Part shown: in pieces, positions 24,263-36,304 of the stretch
Numbering within the stretch: position 1 is the stretch's first letter
Layout: the number at the start of each line of letters is the position of its first letter
From: Hyaloraphidium curvatum SAG 235-1
Lineage: Eukaryota > Fungi > Monoblepharomycota
DNA length: 64,000 nt
Assembly: GCA_025558095.1 (NCBI GenBank)
Contig: JAIVFI010000016.1
Location: 677,508 to 741,507 of the forward strand
Reading direction: 5' to 3'
The notes under the pieces: model-generated
What the model was told of the DNA's origin: nothing
Seen by the model: the letters and a program-made list of their open reading frames with translations, nothing else
The model's database searches: none
Program-made: the position numbers and the translations under genes

Positions 24263-24509
24263 CTCGAGCCAGGCGGGGAGTCAGCCGGGTGTGCGCCAGG
24301 TGAGGTGAGCCGGTTGGCTCGGTCGGGGGTAACTAGGCAAATCCGCTAGGCGCGGGCGCCCGCGGAAAAAAGAGAACCCTTGCGCCTTTGCCGTCGCGCG
24401 GTGCGCTCTGCTGGTTCAGAATCTGAAGCGAAGCATTGTAAATAAGCATGGGGGACGAAGTACAACAGTCTGGAATCACGCCGACCGCCCGCGGTCTTCG
24501 CTGTCGGAT

Positions 24510-26727
24510 CTACGGCTTTGCCTCCGACACCGCCGTGATCGCCTCGATGCCATCAGCTGCCAGAACAGCCGGCTTTCCCCTGTCCACCACACCCTCGACC
24601 GGGGGACCCTTGTCCAAGCTGCCCAGCTCGGCCCCACCCGCTTCCTCTTCCTCCTCCTCCTCGGCCGCGACGTTCATCACCCTCCTCCAGGTCACGGCTC
24701 CGGGCAGCGTCTCGATCGGCAGGAACAGCGCAATTATTGCGGCCACCGTGAGCACTACGAACGACACAAAAGGCGGGATCGCGTTCCTCCATGCCACGTT
24801 GATGGTCAGGAGCGACCCGGAGATGAGCGGGGCGATGACGGAGGAGATGCGGCCGAGGGACATGGCGGCGCCGAAGATTTGAACCCGCACGGCGGTGCGG
24901 AAGAGCTCGGGGGTGTACAGCCAGAGGGCAGTCATGCAGATCTGTTGGGCTAATGGTGGACCCGAAACGTCAGCGAGATGGGTCAGATGGCTTCCCCAAA
25001 GCAGCTCCTTGGAGACCTACTGGCGTTGAATGCCACCGTCGTCACGATGCTCCCGGCCCGCAGCGCCCCCGTCCGCGACCCGTCGGCGTTGTAGGTCGCC
25101 GATACCGCGACAATCCCGAACCCCAGCAGCGACAGCCCTGTGAGCTCTGTTCCCAACGCCAGCGCCCCGACACGGCCCGTGTGTTTCCAGTCCAGGAGGT
25201 ACCGAGCAACCACGGCCGAGGGGATCGCGGCGACGGTGTAGATGATGAGGTCTCGGTACGTGTCGGACTCATCGGTCAGCCCGAGGCCGCTCAACATGAC
25301 CGCGACCATGGAGTTGAACCCGACCCAGCTGCGGATTGCCAAAACATCAGAAGCTTCCTCGACGTCGGCAGTGGGGCCCACCCGTAGTAAACGATGGTCC
25401 AGAACACCATCAGCAGCGTCGTGTTCCTCCGCACCACCTCGTCCGGCGCGATGTGCTCCCTCCACATCTTCTTGAGCTCCGCCCACGACCCACCCAGGTC
25501 CTCCCACGCATACGCGAAGAAGTTCTTGTCCCGCGGCACCGCCTTGGCGTCCCTGGACGCAGCCAGGGCGTCCTCCTCCCGCTGCGCACGGACGAACTTT
25601 TCCTCCCCGACGATCGGTTCCGCGTGCTTGTTGTACTCGGCGACGTTGCGGAGGGCATCCAGGGCGTCGGTGTAGCGGCCCTTGGATACGAGCCAGTAGG
25701 GGGTTTCGTGCAGGCGGAGGAGGAGGCGCCGCATGGCGAGCATGATGAGGTTGAGGATTGCGAGGGTGAGGACGTAGTACCGCCAGCTGCGCAAAGAAGG
25801 GACGAAGTCGTCAATCGCAGCCGAAAAGCATGTCTGGAAAACCCACCCCGCGTTGTCGTAGGGCGCAGGTCCCCAAGCCGTCTCGAGGGGGAGCAGAGCC
25901 CACGCCAAGACCGACGGGACCACAGATCCGCACGTAAACAGCATGTTCATGTACGACAGCTTGCTCCCGTGGACCCGCGGGACCCATTCCAGAAACAGGC
26001 ACGTGTCCACGGCGACGTTGCCGCCGTAGCTCATCCCCAGCAGCACCACGGCGATGCACACCAGGGCGAAGTTGGGCATAACGGCCATTAGGATGCCCGA
26101 GGCGCCGCACAGGCCGAGTGTGAGGCCGAAGGTGATCCGGCGGCCCTTGAGGGCGGCGAAGAAGGACCAGATGATCTCTCCGACGGCGGCGCCGAGGTTG
26201 AAAAGGGTGATCATGAGGCCGGAGGCGGCGGAGGAGACGCCGAACTGCTCCTGGAGGATCGGCTGGATGTAGGCAACGCAGGTGAACCACTTGAAGATGA
26301 ATTGAAGGGAATTTAAGGGACAGAGAGAAGGAAGCCGTACGGTTGTGTCACTTGCCGGCCTGGGACAACGGATCGCGGCACCCACGAATGCGTCGTTAAA
26401 CCACCCCATCGAGCACGTCCAGAAGAGCCTCCAGTGGTACCTCCCGAACCCCAAGCCGGCCAGCGCGGCCTCGACCATCGCGTCGTCGTCCCGGCTCCGC
26501 TTGGCGTGCTCCAGCGCCAGCGTGCCCCACGTCGAGCTCCGCGTCAGCCCGGGGATCGCGTCGTCGACGGGCTGCAGTCGCAATTGCTCCAGGGTGCCGA
26601 CGCGGGACATGGTTTTGGGGGTATGCGTGTGGGAGGTCGCGGAAGTCACTACCGACGGGTCGGGGGCGAAGGAGACTGCCACGTTCGAATCGCCGGGCTC
26701 CGACGCCGGAGGGCTGAGTGCGGCCAT
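24510..26727 (-). CDS. MFS transporter (SV2/sugar-porter-like), multi-exon
   Basis: GFGRYHWRLF, KGRR, FLEWVP, WRY, LHETPYWLVSKGR, YTPELF, PIET; multiple TM segments. Confidence 0.9.
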
Positions 26728-27043
26728 CGCTTCGAAGGACCAGCGGCCGCGAGGAGGGCACCCGGGCGCGATTCGCACAAGAGGTTGTTGGACGGGGGAT
26801 CGCGCAATCCGATCCGCTACGTCCCTTCCGGAGAGGACCCTGGACGGACGGACTCATCGGATGCTTACAAGGAGCATCAAACAAGGTAGGCTAAATTTCT
26901 CGCTGTGATCTACATCGTCGATGGCACAGCCGGCGGTCGGACCTCGGCAAGAGAGATCAGACTTCTCGGAAACTCCACTCCTGCGGAACAACATCTTCAT
27001 TCCATCCCCAAAGAAGGATCAAAAAGCACAAGTCAAGCATGTT

Positions 27044-28930
27044 CTAGCCGTTCCAAAGCAGATTTTCCGGTCCGCAGGCGGCGTGCTCCTCAACCATCGT
27101 CGCGAAGCTCTGCTGCCCCCCCCCGCACCGACCGCACGTGTACCGCGCAGTTGGGCCCCCGTCGACGATGGCGAGCTGCACAAGAGCCGATCGCGCATCC
27201 ACCATGTCCGGATGCGCTTCCAGCACGGCGCGCAGGGTCCTCTTATCGGCAGGCAGGCCGAGGGTGGCGACCTCTCGGCGGAGGCGGCTGCGCACTTCCG
27301 GCTTCCACATCCTGGTCGCATCCACAAGGGCGCCCCTTGCATCACTCCAGCTGGCGGAAGCAATGGCGAGGAACTCGTGGGCATCTTCAGGCAGCATCGT
27401 GTATCGATCCAGCTGGGCGTACGAGGCCTGCGACACGATCCACCGCACTGCGGCGCGCCGCACGACGGCCCGAGGACCTCGCAGGAGATGTTCATCGAGC
27501 CCGACGCTCCACTTGCGTACGTCCAACGCCAGCTCCGGATCCAGGTGAGCGAGCAGGGCTCCCGTCATGGGGGCAACGACGTGGTGTCGAGCAGCGAGCT
27601 CGCCGAGCTGGCGCCGGACGCGCCTTTCCCACGCCAGCTGCCATTCAACCTGCGGCTCCTTGAGCACCCCGCGAAAGCCGCGCGCGGATCCGTAGATGCC
27701 CTTGCCGAACTTGGGCCACTCGCACGCCGTCCACGGTAGCGCATCGACTGCGGCCTGCATGGCCGATCGTGCCGCTTCTTGACGCCGGAGGACGGCCTTT
27801 TGCAAGATCTCGCGGCAGGACCGCGGTCCCGAGGGCTCAATTTGGTCGACCTTGTGACGCTCCAGGTAAGGAAGAACGTGGTCGTGCAACCCCCGGACCA
27901 GGTCTCCGATCCAATCGTTGTCCGAAGCCGGGCCAACGAAAGCCCCGAGGCCAGGCGCGTGCAGCGAGACAAGCCACGCGCGCAGGCCCGCCCTGGTCGA
28001 ACCTGATTCACCGAGAATGAGGTCGACGAGCGCCTTTGGAACCCTCCCAGCTCGAATCTCCTCCCTTCCAAGCCCGATGGCGAAGCGCCGCAGAACGTTG
28101 GTCCGGACGAGGTTGGTCTCGGTGCCGATCCATTTGGCAGGCAACGCTGCGCCAAGCGCGGACCCGAGAGCACGGTCGGGCATCCGCGCGAGCAGCTTCG
28201 TGGGCTCCGGATAGCCAACGATCCACGTCTCCAGGGGGAACGGCCTCCTCGCACCGCCGACGGCGCATTCGACAAGATCCCGGATCGCCTCGGTGGCAGC
28301 AGATTCCGCCGCGCTCCCATCATGCTCGAGATTTCCCGGCGCTCCGCAGCACCCAGGAAAGACAATTCGCCGCTCCGCAGAGCAAAGAAATCGCGGTCGG
28401 GCGCGGCGGTGCGCAGTCACACGAAAAGAGCGTGGGCTGTCGCCCGGCGGTCCTGCACTCCGACCTCGGGCAGCTTGGGCATCTCGAGACCGAGGTGCGC
28501 TTCGAGCTTCGCGAGCGTGACAATGGATGCGGCCTCCTCCGCCGTCACCTCAGCTCCCGCGCGGAGTTTGCGGACGATCAGGGCCCGCATGTCAAAAGGC
28601 ACGTCGCCGTGTCGCACACCGAGTGCCCGGAGGACCTTGGCCGCCGCCGAATCACGCTTTCGATGTTCTTCACGTCGCTGCCGCCGAAGATACATCCAGG
28701 ACGAGATGGTCCCTGCGTCTCTCACTGACCACGGCCCGCCCGGCTCGAACGGGGCCTCGGGAAACTGTAGATCCGTGAGGGCAAGATCCGGTGCTACTGC
28801 AGCGGCGATGAGGCTGCTGACGATGTCGGAAGCCACTTTCTCAGGTCGGGAGTCCTTCTCCATTGCTTCGATCAGCTCGTGGTGGCGAGTCCACTCCAGC
28901 ACCTTTCCGGTCACGCGGCGTGCCACCCGG
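27044..28930 (-). pseudogene. Disrupted gene of unknown function with C-terminal C2H2/C2HC-like finger
   Basis: Helical-looking ORF pieces joined across an in-frame TGA at 28417-28419 and a frameshift near 28300; ends YTCGRC...EEHAAC; 5' end missing. Confidence 0.55.
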
Positions 28931-28939
28931 TTCCGCCCC

Positions 28940-29341
28940 TCATCGATCCTGACGATTGGCGAGGCGTGCTCCCCGCGCGACGCCCATCCCGATTCGGACC
29001 TGTGGAGGGCGCTGTGCGGGCTGGATTACCTCCGTGACCTGCGGCTGGACGACGTGCGCTCCTCGGACCTCACGGACGACGGGCTGCCTCCGAACCTCGA
29101 ATCGCTCGCCGTCGGCAGTGTGGTGGACCTCGCCGACCGGGAGCAGCTCGACGCCCTGCGGCAGTTGTTCGAAGGCGGCAAGGTGCGGGTGGTGGTCGAG
29201 CGCGGGTTGGTCAGGGAGAAGGTGGCGGACGACGATTGGGACGAGGAGAGGGAGGCGCTGCGCGACGAGGAGGAGGGCTTCTGGCGGGGGTTGCGCGGGC
29301 TGGGCGTGGGCAGCGTGTTCCACGTCCCGAAGGAGGCTTGA
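28940..29341 (+). pseudogene. Headless C-terminal LRR (F-box/RNI-like) fragment
   Basis: LDYLRDLRLDDV...LPPNLESLAVG...EEGFWRGL; its upstream frame is simply the antisense of the neighbouring pseudogene. Confidence 0.55.
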
Positions 29342-29382
29342 GTTCGCGGCCATGTCGACGCACGTCCATCAATTGACGCAGA

Positions 29383-30940
29383 TCACATGCACTGCATCGA
29401 CAATGGCGAAAACGCCAGCCGCGCGGCCCGCTTGTCTGCGCACCCGAACAGCGCCAGCTTCGCCTTGGCCTTTCCGACAACGACCGATCAGCACCCATCC
29501 TCACGGCGGCGGAATGATGGCACCCACGTCGACGCCCACACACCGCCCGCCTTTGGCACGGAGCAGATAGCCGCCCCCTTGCGCGGCGAGCACGGTGAAC
29601 CGCTGGTACGCGATGTTCCACTCCATAGGGAAGATGGAGCAGGGGTACATGTAGACCGGGGCTGCGGAAGGGCGCGCACGTTGGGATCAGCTCCGAACGG
29701 GCAGATTGGCGCGGGGAACCCACGGTTCCCCGGCAGAGTGGTGTTGGCCGTCGCGCACAACATCGGTGCCTCGGACTCCCGCCGCTCGCACCTCGAGATG
29801 GTGACCGCGTTCCCCGGGTACACCTCGTTCCCCAGGAGCGAATCCCAGTTGGACAGCTGGAAGGTGGTGCCGGCGCCCTGCCGGACGAGGCCGCAGGTGC
29901 GGTTGGCGGGACACTGCACCGTGCGCGGGGGGATGTTGGTGCGGGGGGTGCCGGAGAGGGAGAGCCGGAAGGTCCTGCCGCGGAGGACAGGTCTGCGGGG
30001 GGGGGCATATGGGGTCAGATGGGAAGAAGGGGGCGGGCGAGAAGGCTCACCTGGCCGCAGAGGTCGTCCGGATCGGGCGGCGGGTGGTGGTCCGGCGCCG
30101 GGTCGTCGCCGGCAGCGGCGGGTTGGCCATGACCTGCCTGATCCATGCTTCCTGGTAGCTGACCCTCGCGGTGCCGAAGTAGTGGAAGGGCATGGAGCAG
30201 TTGTACACGACGAAGCTGTTCGCGCCCACCAGGACCGGCTGGCCGTCCCGCGTGGCGACCAGGGGGCCGCCCGAGTCGCCGTCGCAGATGCCCGTGCTCC
30301 GCGCGCCGGCACAGATCAGGTCGTCGTCGAAGGGGATTTCGGGGTTGGCGGCCTCGCACTGGGCATTGGCGATGACCGCCGTGGTGGTGCGCTGCAGGAT
30401 TTTGGGGTAGGGCCCGCGGCCATAGAACAACGTGCTCCCGAATCCCATGGACTCGACGGGTGTGCCCGGGGGCGGGAAGGCGGGGTCGGCGTTGAGCGCG
30501 ATGGGCACCGGGGCGGGCCCGTAGGATGCCGGCGTGCCGAGCACCAGCACCGCGACGTCGTTGTCTGGGAAATTGTACGCCGGGTGCACCCGCATCGACG
30601 CCACGGGCCACTCGGTGCCGCCCTCGGCCGCCGTGGTGCGGGAGATGTTCCAGCGGCCCGCCGCCACGCGGAGGTCGTGCGGGTGCTTGCCGTCGACGCA
30701 GTGCGCCGCCGTCAGTGCGAAGCCCGGGGCGATGAGCGCCGCGCCGCAGCCGATCCAGCCGTCGGCGGTGGTGATCAGCGCGAGGAAGAAGGGGTACGCC
30801 GTGCCGTTGGGCGCGCGCGTGCCGTTCACGATGTTGGGCACGGTGGCGCGGGGGAGGGCGGCGCCGGCGGGTAGCGCGTGTGCCAAGAAGGCGAACACCG
30901 TGGCCATCGCCGCCGCGGTGGCGCGATTGGCGGCGCGCAT
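29383..30940 (-). CDS. Secreted S1A serine protease with C-terminal ricin-B-like lectin domain, 4 exons
   Basis: IVNG, LTAAHC, NDVAVL, GDSGGP; T/R linker; three introns yield LCATAN...PVYMYPC...YQRF...GGRCVGVD...LFGC...QCM*. Confidence 0.85.
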
Positions 30941-31552
30941 CGCGGGCACCGGGGGTGGGGAGTGGAGGTTTCGCGGGTCGGGGCGCAGGCAACTTCAGCC
31001 GCCCGGACAGGTGACGATATGATCCCCCCGCAGATACCGGAAGCGTTAATGGACGTGATGCGGCCCCGCTCCGATCGATCCTCGGTTGCCCATCCGATCG
31101 ATCCCCGGGAGCTGGAACCTGTTGTGTTCGGCTGGCTACCGGGCCCCCGACTCCCGGGTCGCGGTTGACTGGCATCGGAACCGACCGCCTTCCCCGCCCG
31201 GCCGATCCGTCCCCCTTGGATACAACAGCGCCACTGAGTTTTCGGGCGGCGAGATGGAGCGGCCGAGTGGATGGGGAAGAGGGGAGCGGACGGGCGTGCT
31301 TCACACGGAAGCGAGGAGAAGGATCGGAAAGAAGCCCGCCGCGCCAGCCGGACTGCCAAATCGACGTCACCGGACGCCTTGCGCCTCCCTTGCTGAGTCT
31401 GCACCCTCGATCGGGCCGGGTTTCCAGAAGACGGGCAGGGCGGGCTTCGCCACACCGGCCACGGCGCAGAACCCGCCCGGTGCGGCCGGCGCCGAACCCG
31501 CCCGCAAACAAGTTCTCCGCGGAGCACACGGGTACCGGATCCCGGCTGCACG

Positions 31553-34500
31553 ATGTCCGGGCGGTTCGGGACGGTCCGGAGGGCGGCACTGCTGCTCGTG
31601 ATGGGCCTGGCGGCGCTTTGTGCTGCCGCGGGAGCCGCCGGTGCCGCGGGGGATCCTGCCGGGTGGACGGCCGGGCCGAAGTGGTGGGTGCTCTCCGGCC
31701 TGCCGCGGGTGCGAGCCGGAGCTGGGCGGGGCAGCAAGATGACGCCGTGGCGCCCTCGCCCTCTTCCGGCGACGCGACATCTCCGCCGTCAGCGCTGACG
31801 GTCCCTTCCCGCCGCAGCTGCCCCGGCTGCGCGTACGCCAACGCCCAGCGATGCTGCTGGTGAGCTGCTCTTTCTCCACCGCCGTCCGCGCTGACGTGTC
31901 CGTGCAGCCCATCGCGGCCCCCGCGCACGGTGCTCGCGACGCGCACCTTGTTCGCCACGCGCGTCGTCAGCCGCGGGGTGCGGAGGACGGTGACGGCCAC
32001 GCGGACCGTCACGGGGGCGCTCTTGGTAAGAAGAGAGTTGGACGAGGGCGCGGAGGGGCTGCGGGAGCGGGATTGGCCGCCCGTGCGGGAGGCGGAGGAG
32101 GGCGATCCGGCGGGGGGCGGCGACCGGGAGCCGGACGCCGCGCGCCCCTCCCTGCCCGGTCTGCCGGCCCCCGCGCTGTTCGCGCGGCACGAGTGCGGCG
32201 TCTGCCCGCCGGGCGCGCGGCTCTCCCCCTCGGGCGGGCGGGTCTGCTGCCCCCCGCGCAGGACGGTCAGGAAAACCGTCACCGTGCGCAGGACAAAGAC
32301 CCGCACGTCGACGCGGACCTCCATTGTGACGAGGACCGTGACGATCACCAGGCTTCCGCTGCCGGCAAACGCGACGATCGACGGGATCCTGTGGGTCCTC
32401 CCTTGCGGGCACCACGGGAGACAAGAAGCTGACGCGTTCCTGAATGCCAACCAAGGTTCACCGACAACGACGGCAGCGGCACCTACTCACCCGGCACGGA
32501 CTCCCTCTTCCCCTTCGAACGCGTCGGCGCGTTCAGCCTCCCCTCCGCCTCCCGTCTCGCCCGCCGCCAGACCTTGCTCGCCGAATCCGCGACCGACGCG
32601 CGCGGATTCTTCCGCCTCTCGTTCCCCCGGGTGCCGTTTCTGGCGGTGGGGATCGCGAGGATGGCGCAGCCGGGGACGCTGCTGTGGAACGCGACGGCGG
32701 GGGCGGATGGGGGTTTTCCGGCAGGGGTGGTGCAGGTCCCCGTGCCGCCGGGTGCGTCAACGACGGCTTCGGGGACAACAAAATCGAGGACGGAGGCGAG
32801 CGCTTCGGAGAGCACGACCTCGAGTTCTGCGAGCGCGACGGCCGGCGAGAGCCGGAGCTTGACGGCGACGACCAGCGAGTCGCGGAGCTTGACGGCGACA
32901 ACCAGCGAGAGCCAGAGTCTGACGGACACGACCAGCGAGAGCCAGAGCCGGACCGCAACGACGTCGGAATCGCAGAGCTTGACGGCCACGACCAGCCAGT
33001 CCCGCAGCTTGACGGCGACGACCAGCGAGTCCGCTTCCGCAACGGCCACGACCTCGGAATCGCAGAGCCTGACGGCGACGACCAGCCAGTCCCGCAGCTT
33101 GACGGCAACGACCAGCGAGAGCCAGAGCTTAACGGCGACGACTTCGGAATCGCAGAGCTTCACAGCAACGACCAGCGAGAGCCAGAGTCGGACAGCGACG
33201 ACGAGCGAGAGCCAGAGTCGGACGGCGACGACGAGCGAGAGCCAGAGCGTAGCGGCGACAACTAGCGAGAGCCAGAGCCGGACAGCAACGACCAGCGAGT
33301 CGCAGAGCCTGACGGCCACGACCAGCGAGTCGCAGAGCTTGACGGCGACCACCAGCGAGAGCCAGAGCCGGACAGCGACGACGTCGGAATCGCAGAGCTT
33401 GACGGCCACGACCAGCCAGTCCCGCAGCTTGACGGCGACGACTAGCGAGTCTGCTTCCGCAACGGCCACGACTTCGGAATCGCAGAGCCTGACGACCACG
33501 ACCAGCGAGAGCCGGAGCTTGACCGCAACTAGCAGCGACAGCCAGAGCCGGACAGCGACGACCAGCGAGAGCCATAGTCTGACGGCCACGACGAGCGAGA
33601 GCCAGAGTCTGACGGCCACGACGAGCGAGCGCCAGAGCTTAACGGCGACGACCAGCGAGAGCCAGAGCCGGACCGCAACGACGTCGGAATCGCAGACCGT
33701 CACTTCGAGCACGACTTCCGAGTCCCCCACACCCTCGACGGTACGTCCTTGGCCCGGCTGCAAATTCGCGGCGCTGCTGATGCCTTTGCGTCCCCAGACC
33801 TCCGAGTCGGAAACGCCGAGCTCCACTTCGGAGACTCTCTCAACCGCCTCGGAGACGCTCTCCAGCACCTCGTTCACGGCGTCCAGCTCGACGCTCTCTA
33901 CCTCCTCCGAAACCCTGACCAGCACGTCGGAAACTTGGACGAGTACCTCGCTCACGGCATCCAGTTCTACGCTCTCCAGCACCTCCGAAGCCCGGACTAG
34001 CACGTCGAAAACTCTGACCAGCACTTCGTTCACGCCGTCTAGCTCGAAGTTGACGAGCACGTCGGAGACTGCGACCAGTTCTACGCTCTCCAGCACCTCC
34101 GAGACGCTGACGAGCACGTCGGAAACCCCGACGAGTACCACGCCTTCGAGCACCTCCGAGACTGCTACCAGTTCCACGATCTCCAGCACCACGGCGACGG
34201 CGACTCCAAGCTCGACATCGGAGACCCGCACGCTCAGCACATCGTCGGAGACTGCCACACCGAGCTCGACCTCGGAGACTCGGACGCCCAGCACCAGTTC
34301 GCTGACCATCACGTCGTCGGAGACCCCGAGCACCAGCTCGTTGACCCCAACGACCAGCTCCAGCACGTCCGAGACGGCCACGACGAGCTCGTCCGAGACG
34401 GCAACCAGCACGTCCTTGTCGCAGACGACCACGGAATCGAGAACGACCTCCTTCACCCCCACATCTGTGCGTGCCCGCCTCAGAAGGCGGCCCGGCGGCT

Positions 34501-36067
34501 AACGCTCCCGTGCCAGACCACGTCGCGGACCAGCACGACCGTGGGGCCGTCAATCACCACGATCCTGGCCACGGACGACTACTACTTCGAAATGACGCCC
34601 GACATCGCCTACGTCGACCGCTCGACCAACGACCCCGTCTCGGCCGAGATGGACGCCCTCCTCGAGGGGGCCATCCTGTTTGCCGGCGCCAACGGGACCT
34701 CTGAATGCGTCCTCTCGCTGGCCATGGACTCGGGCTGCTACGCGGTCACGATGATCTGGGCCGAGTACGACGCCTCGTACGGCAGCGTGGTCAACCGGCG
34801 CGCGATCGGGTACGCCATCCCCGAGCTCGGCGAAGCGGCGAGCAGCATCAACCTGCGGATCCTGTACGGGCTGTACCGCTTCCAGCCCGGCGCCAACGCT
34901 GCCGTCGGCGCCGTGTCGGGCGGATCCCTGGAGATCGTCTTTTCGAAGGTGGCGGGGGTGCCGATGGTGCAGGCCGTCACGGCGGTGCCGACCACCGCAC
35001 CGCGCTGCGGGGGGGTGGCCGCGGGGCCGGCCGCGTCGACGTTCGATTTCGGGCCGACGTTGCCGGCGTCGGCGGCGGTGAGCTGCACTGCGGTACCTCG
35101 GACGAGCACGACGGCCGCGGCGACGAGCTCGTTGACCCCGACGACCAGCTCGGAAACTGTGACATCGAGCACGACGAGCGCGACGGTGGGTTTGGGCAGC
35201 ATCCGCGGTATTTGCCAGGTGCTGACGCTCTGGATCAGCCCACCTCGACCTCGCGGACGGAAACCTTCACTTCCTCGACGCTGAGCATGACGGTGGGTCC
35301 CCTGGCCGTAAAGTACGCCCGTGTCCGGACTCAACGGCTCCACCCCACCCGCAGACGACAAGGAGCAGGACGGCGACCACGAGCTCGCTGTCGGTGGGTT
35401 CCCCGCGGCCGGATCCCATTGGTGGTGCTTACTCTCGCTCCCAGCGGACGGTTACGGGGACGACGAGCTTCTCGCACACGGTGGGTGAAGGAGTGGAGCT
35501 CATTTCGCGTACACGGTCGGACTCATCGACGATGCATCTGCAGACGTCGCAGACACAGACGACCTCGAAATCCCTGACAACCAGCCGGACCCAAACCTTC
35601 AAGGTACCTTCCCTCCACCCATTGGCCATCCGCACCCTCACGCACACTCCCTCCCAGACGACGACCTTCAACGGCGGCACCCCCACCAGCTGCGCCACCC
35701 CCTCCGCGTTCGACGTCTGCGGCGCCTATTTCGCCTGCCAGAACAACAACCAGGGCAACCTCGCCTCGCCGCCCTTCCCCTCGGGCCTGAGCATCTCCGA
35801 GTGCGAGTGCCAGTGCAACGACAACCCGGCGTGCTACGGGTTCGTTTCCCCCTCCCCGGCGCATGCATCGGAACGCGCAGACTGACCGTTCTCGCACGCA
35901 GGATAAGCTACCAGCCCTCGACGGGGACCTGCATCCTCCGCGGCAACACGGTGTACAACCTCGGCGAAGTGTACCCGGCGGCCGACTGGACGTGGAAGAC
36001 GTACCCGGGGATCGGCACACCGGCGTGCCCGCCGACCGTCGCCAACGTTGGGTCATGTCCAGCGTGA
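31553..36067 (+). CDS. Large secreted mucin/adhesin: CCP-T/R modules, SdrD-B-like domain, S/T repeats, C-terminal PAN/apple-like domain
   Basis: Signal peptide; IDGIL|FTDNDGSGTY...ATDARGFF; (TTSESQSLTA)n; CECQCNDNPACYG|ISY...CIL; about 11 introns. Confidence 0.8.
32868..33707 (+). repeat. Coding minisatellite, about 28 x 30 bp (TTSESQSLTA)
   Basis: Counted from the translation; units 3-7 recur as units 17-21 (higher-order duplication). Confidence 0.95.
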
Positions 36068-36304
36068 GGAAAAGCGAGGAGTTCGGGCGGATCAGGCGCT
36101 AAATGAACGGCGTGGTGTGGGGCGGGGGTACGTAGGATATGTCAATAGCGGCCACCCGGTGACGCGTGCGCCGTTTTGTTGCAAAGCGAACCCAGTGAGC
36201 GTGGTCGAGGAAAGAGCAGACTCGCGCAAGAGAGCTACGGCACGCCTGAGCAGAATTGCCATCCGAAGATAGTACAAATGGATCCAAACGCACGATGGAT
36301 GTAG

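Noticed and set aside
28417-28419. In-frame TGA as selenocysteine or programmed readthrough
   Set aside because: A nearby frameshift and 5' truncation point to pseudogene decay.
32868-33707. 30-bp periodic array as a CRISPR
   Set aside because: No unique spacers; in-frame coding repeat in a eukaryotic gene; no cas genes.
32483-34462. 659-aa Val/Leu-rich antisense ORF resembling a membrane protein
   Set aside because: It is the mirror of the S/T coding repeat on the plus strand.
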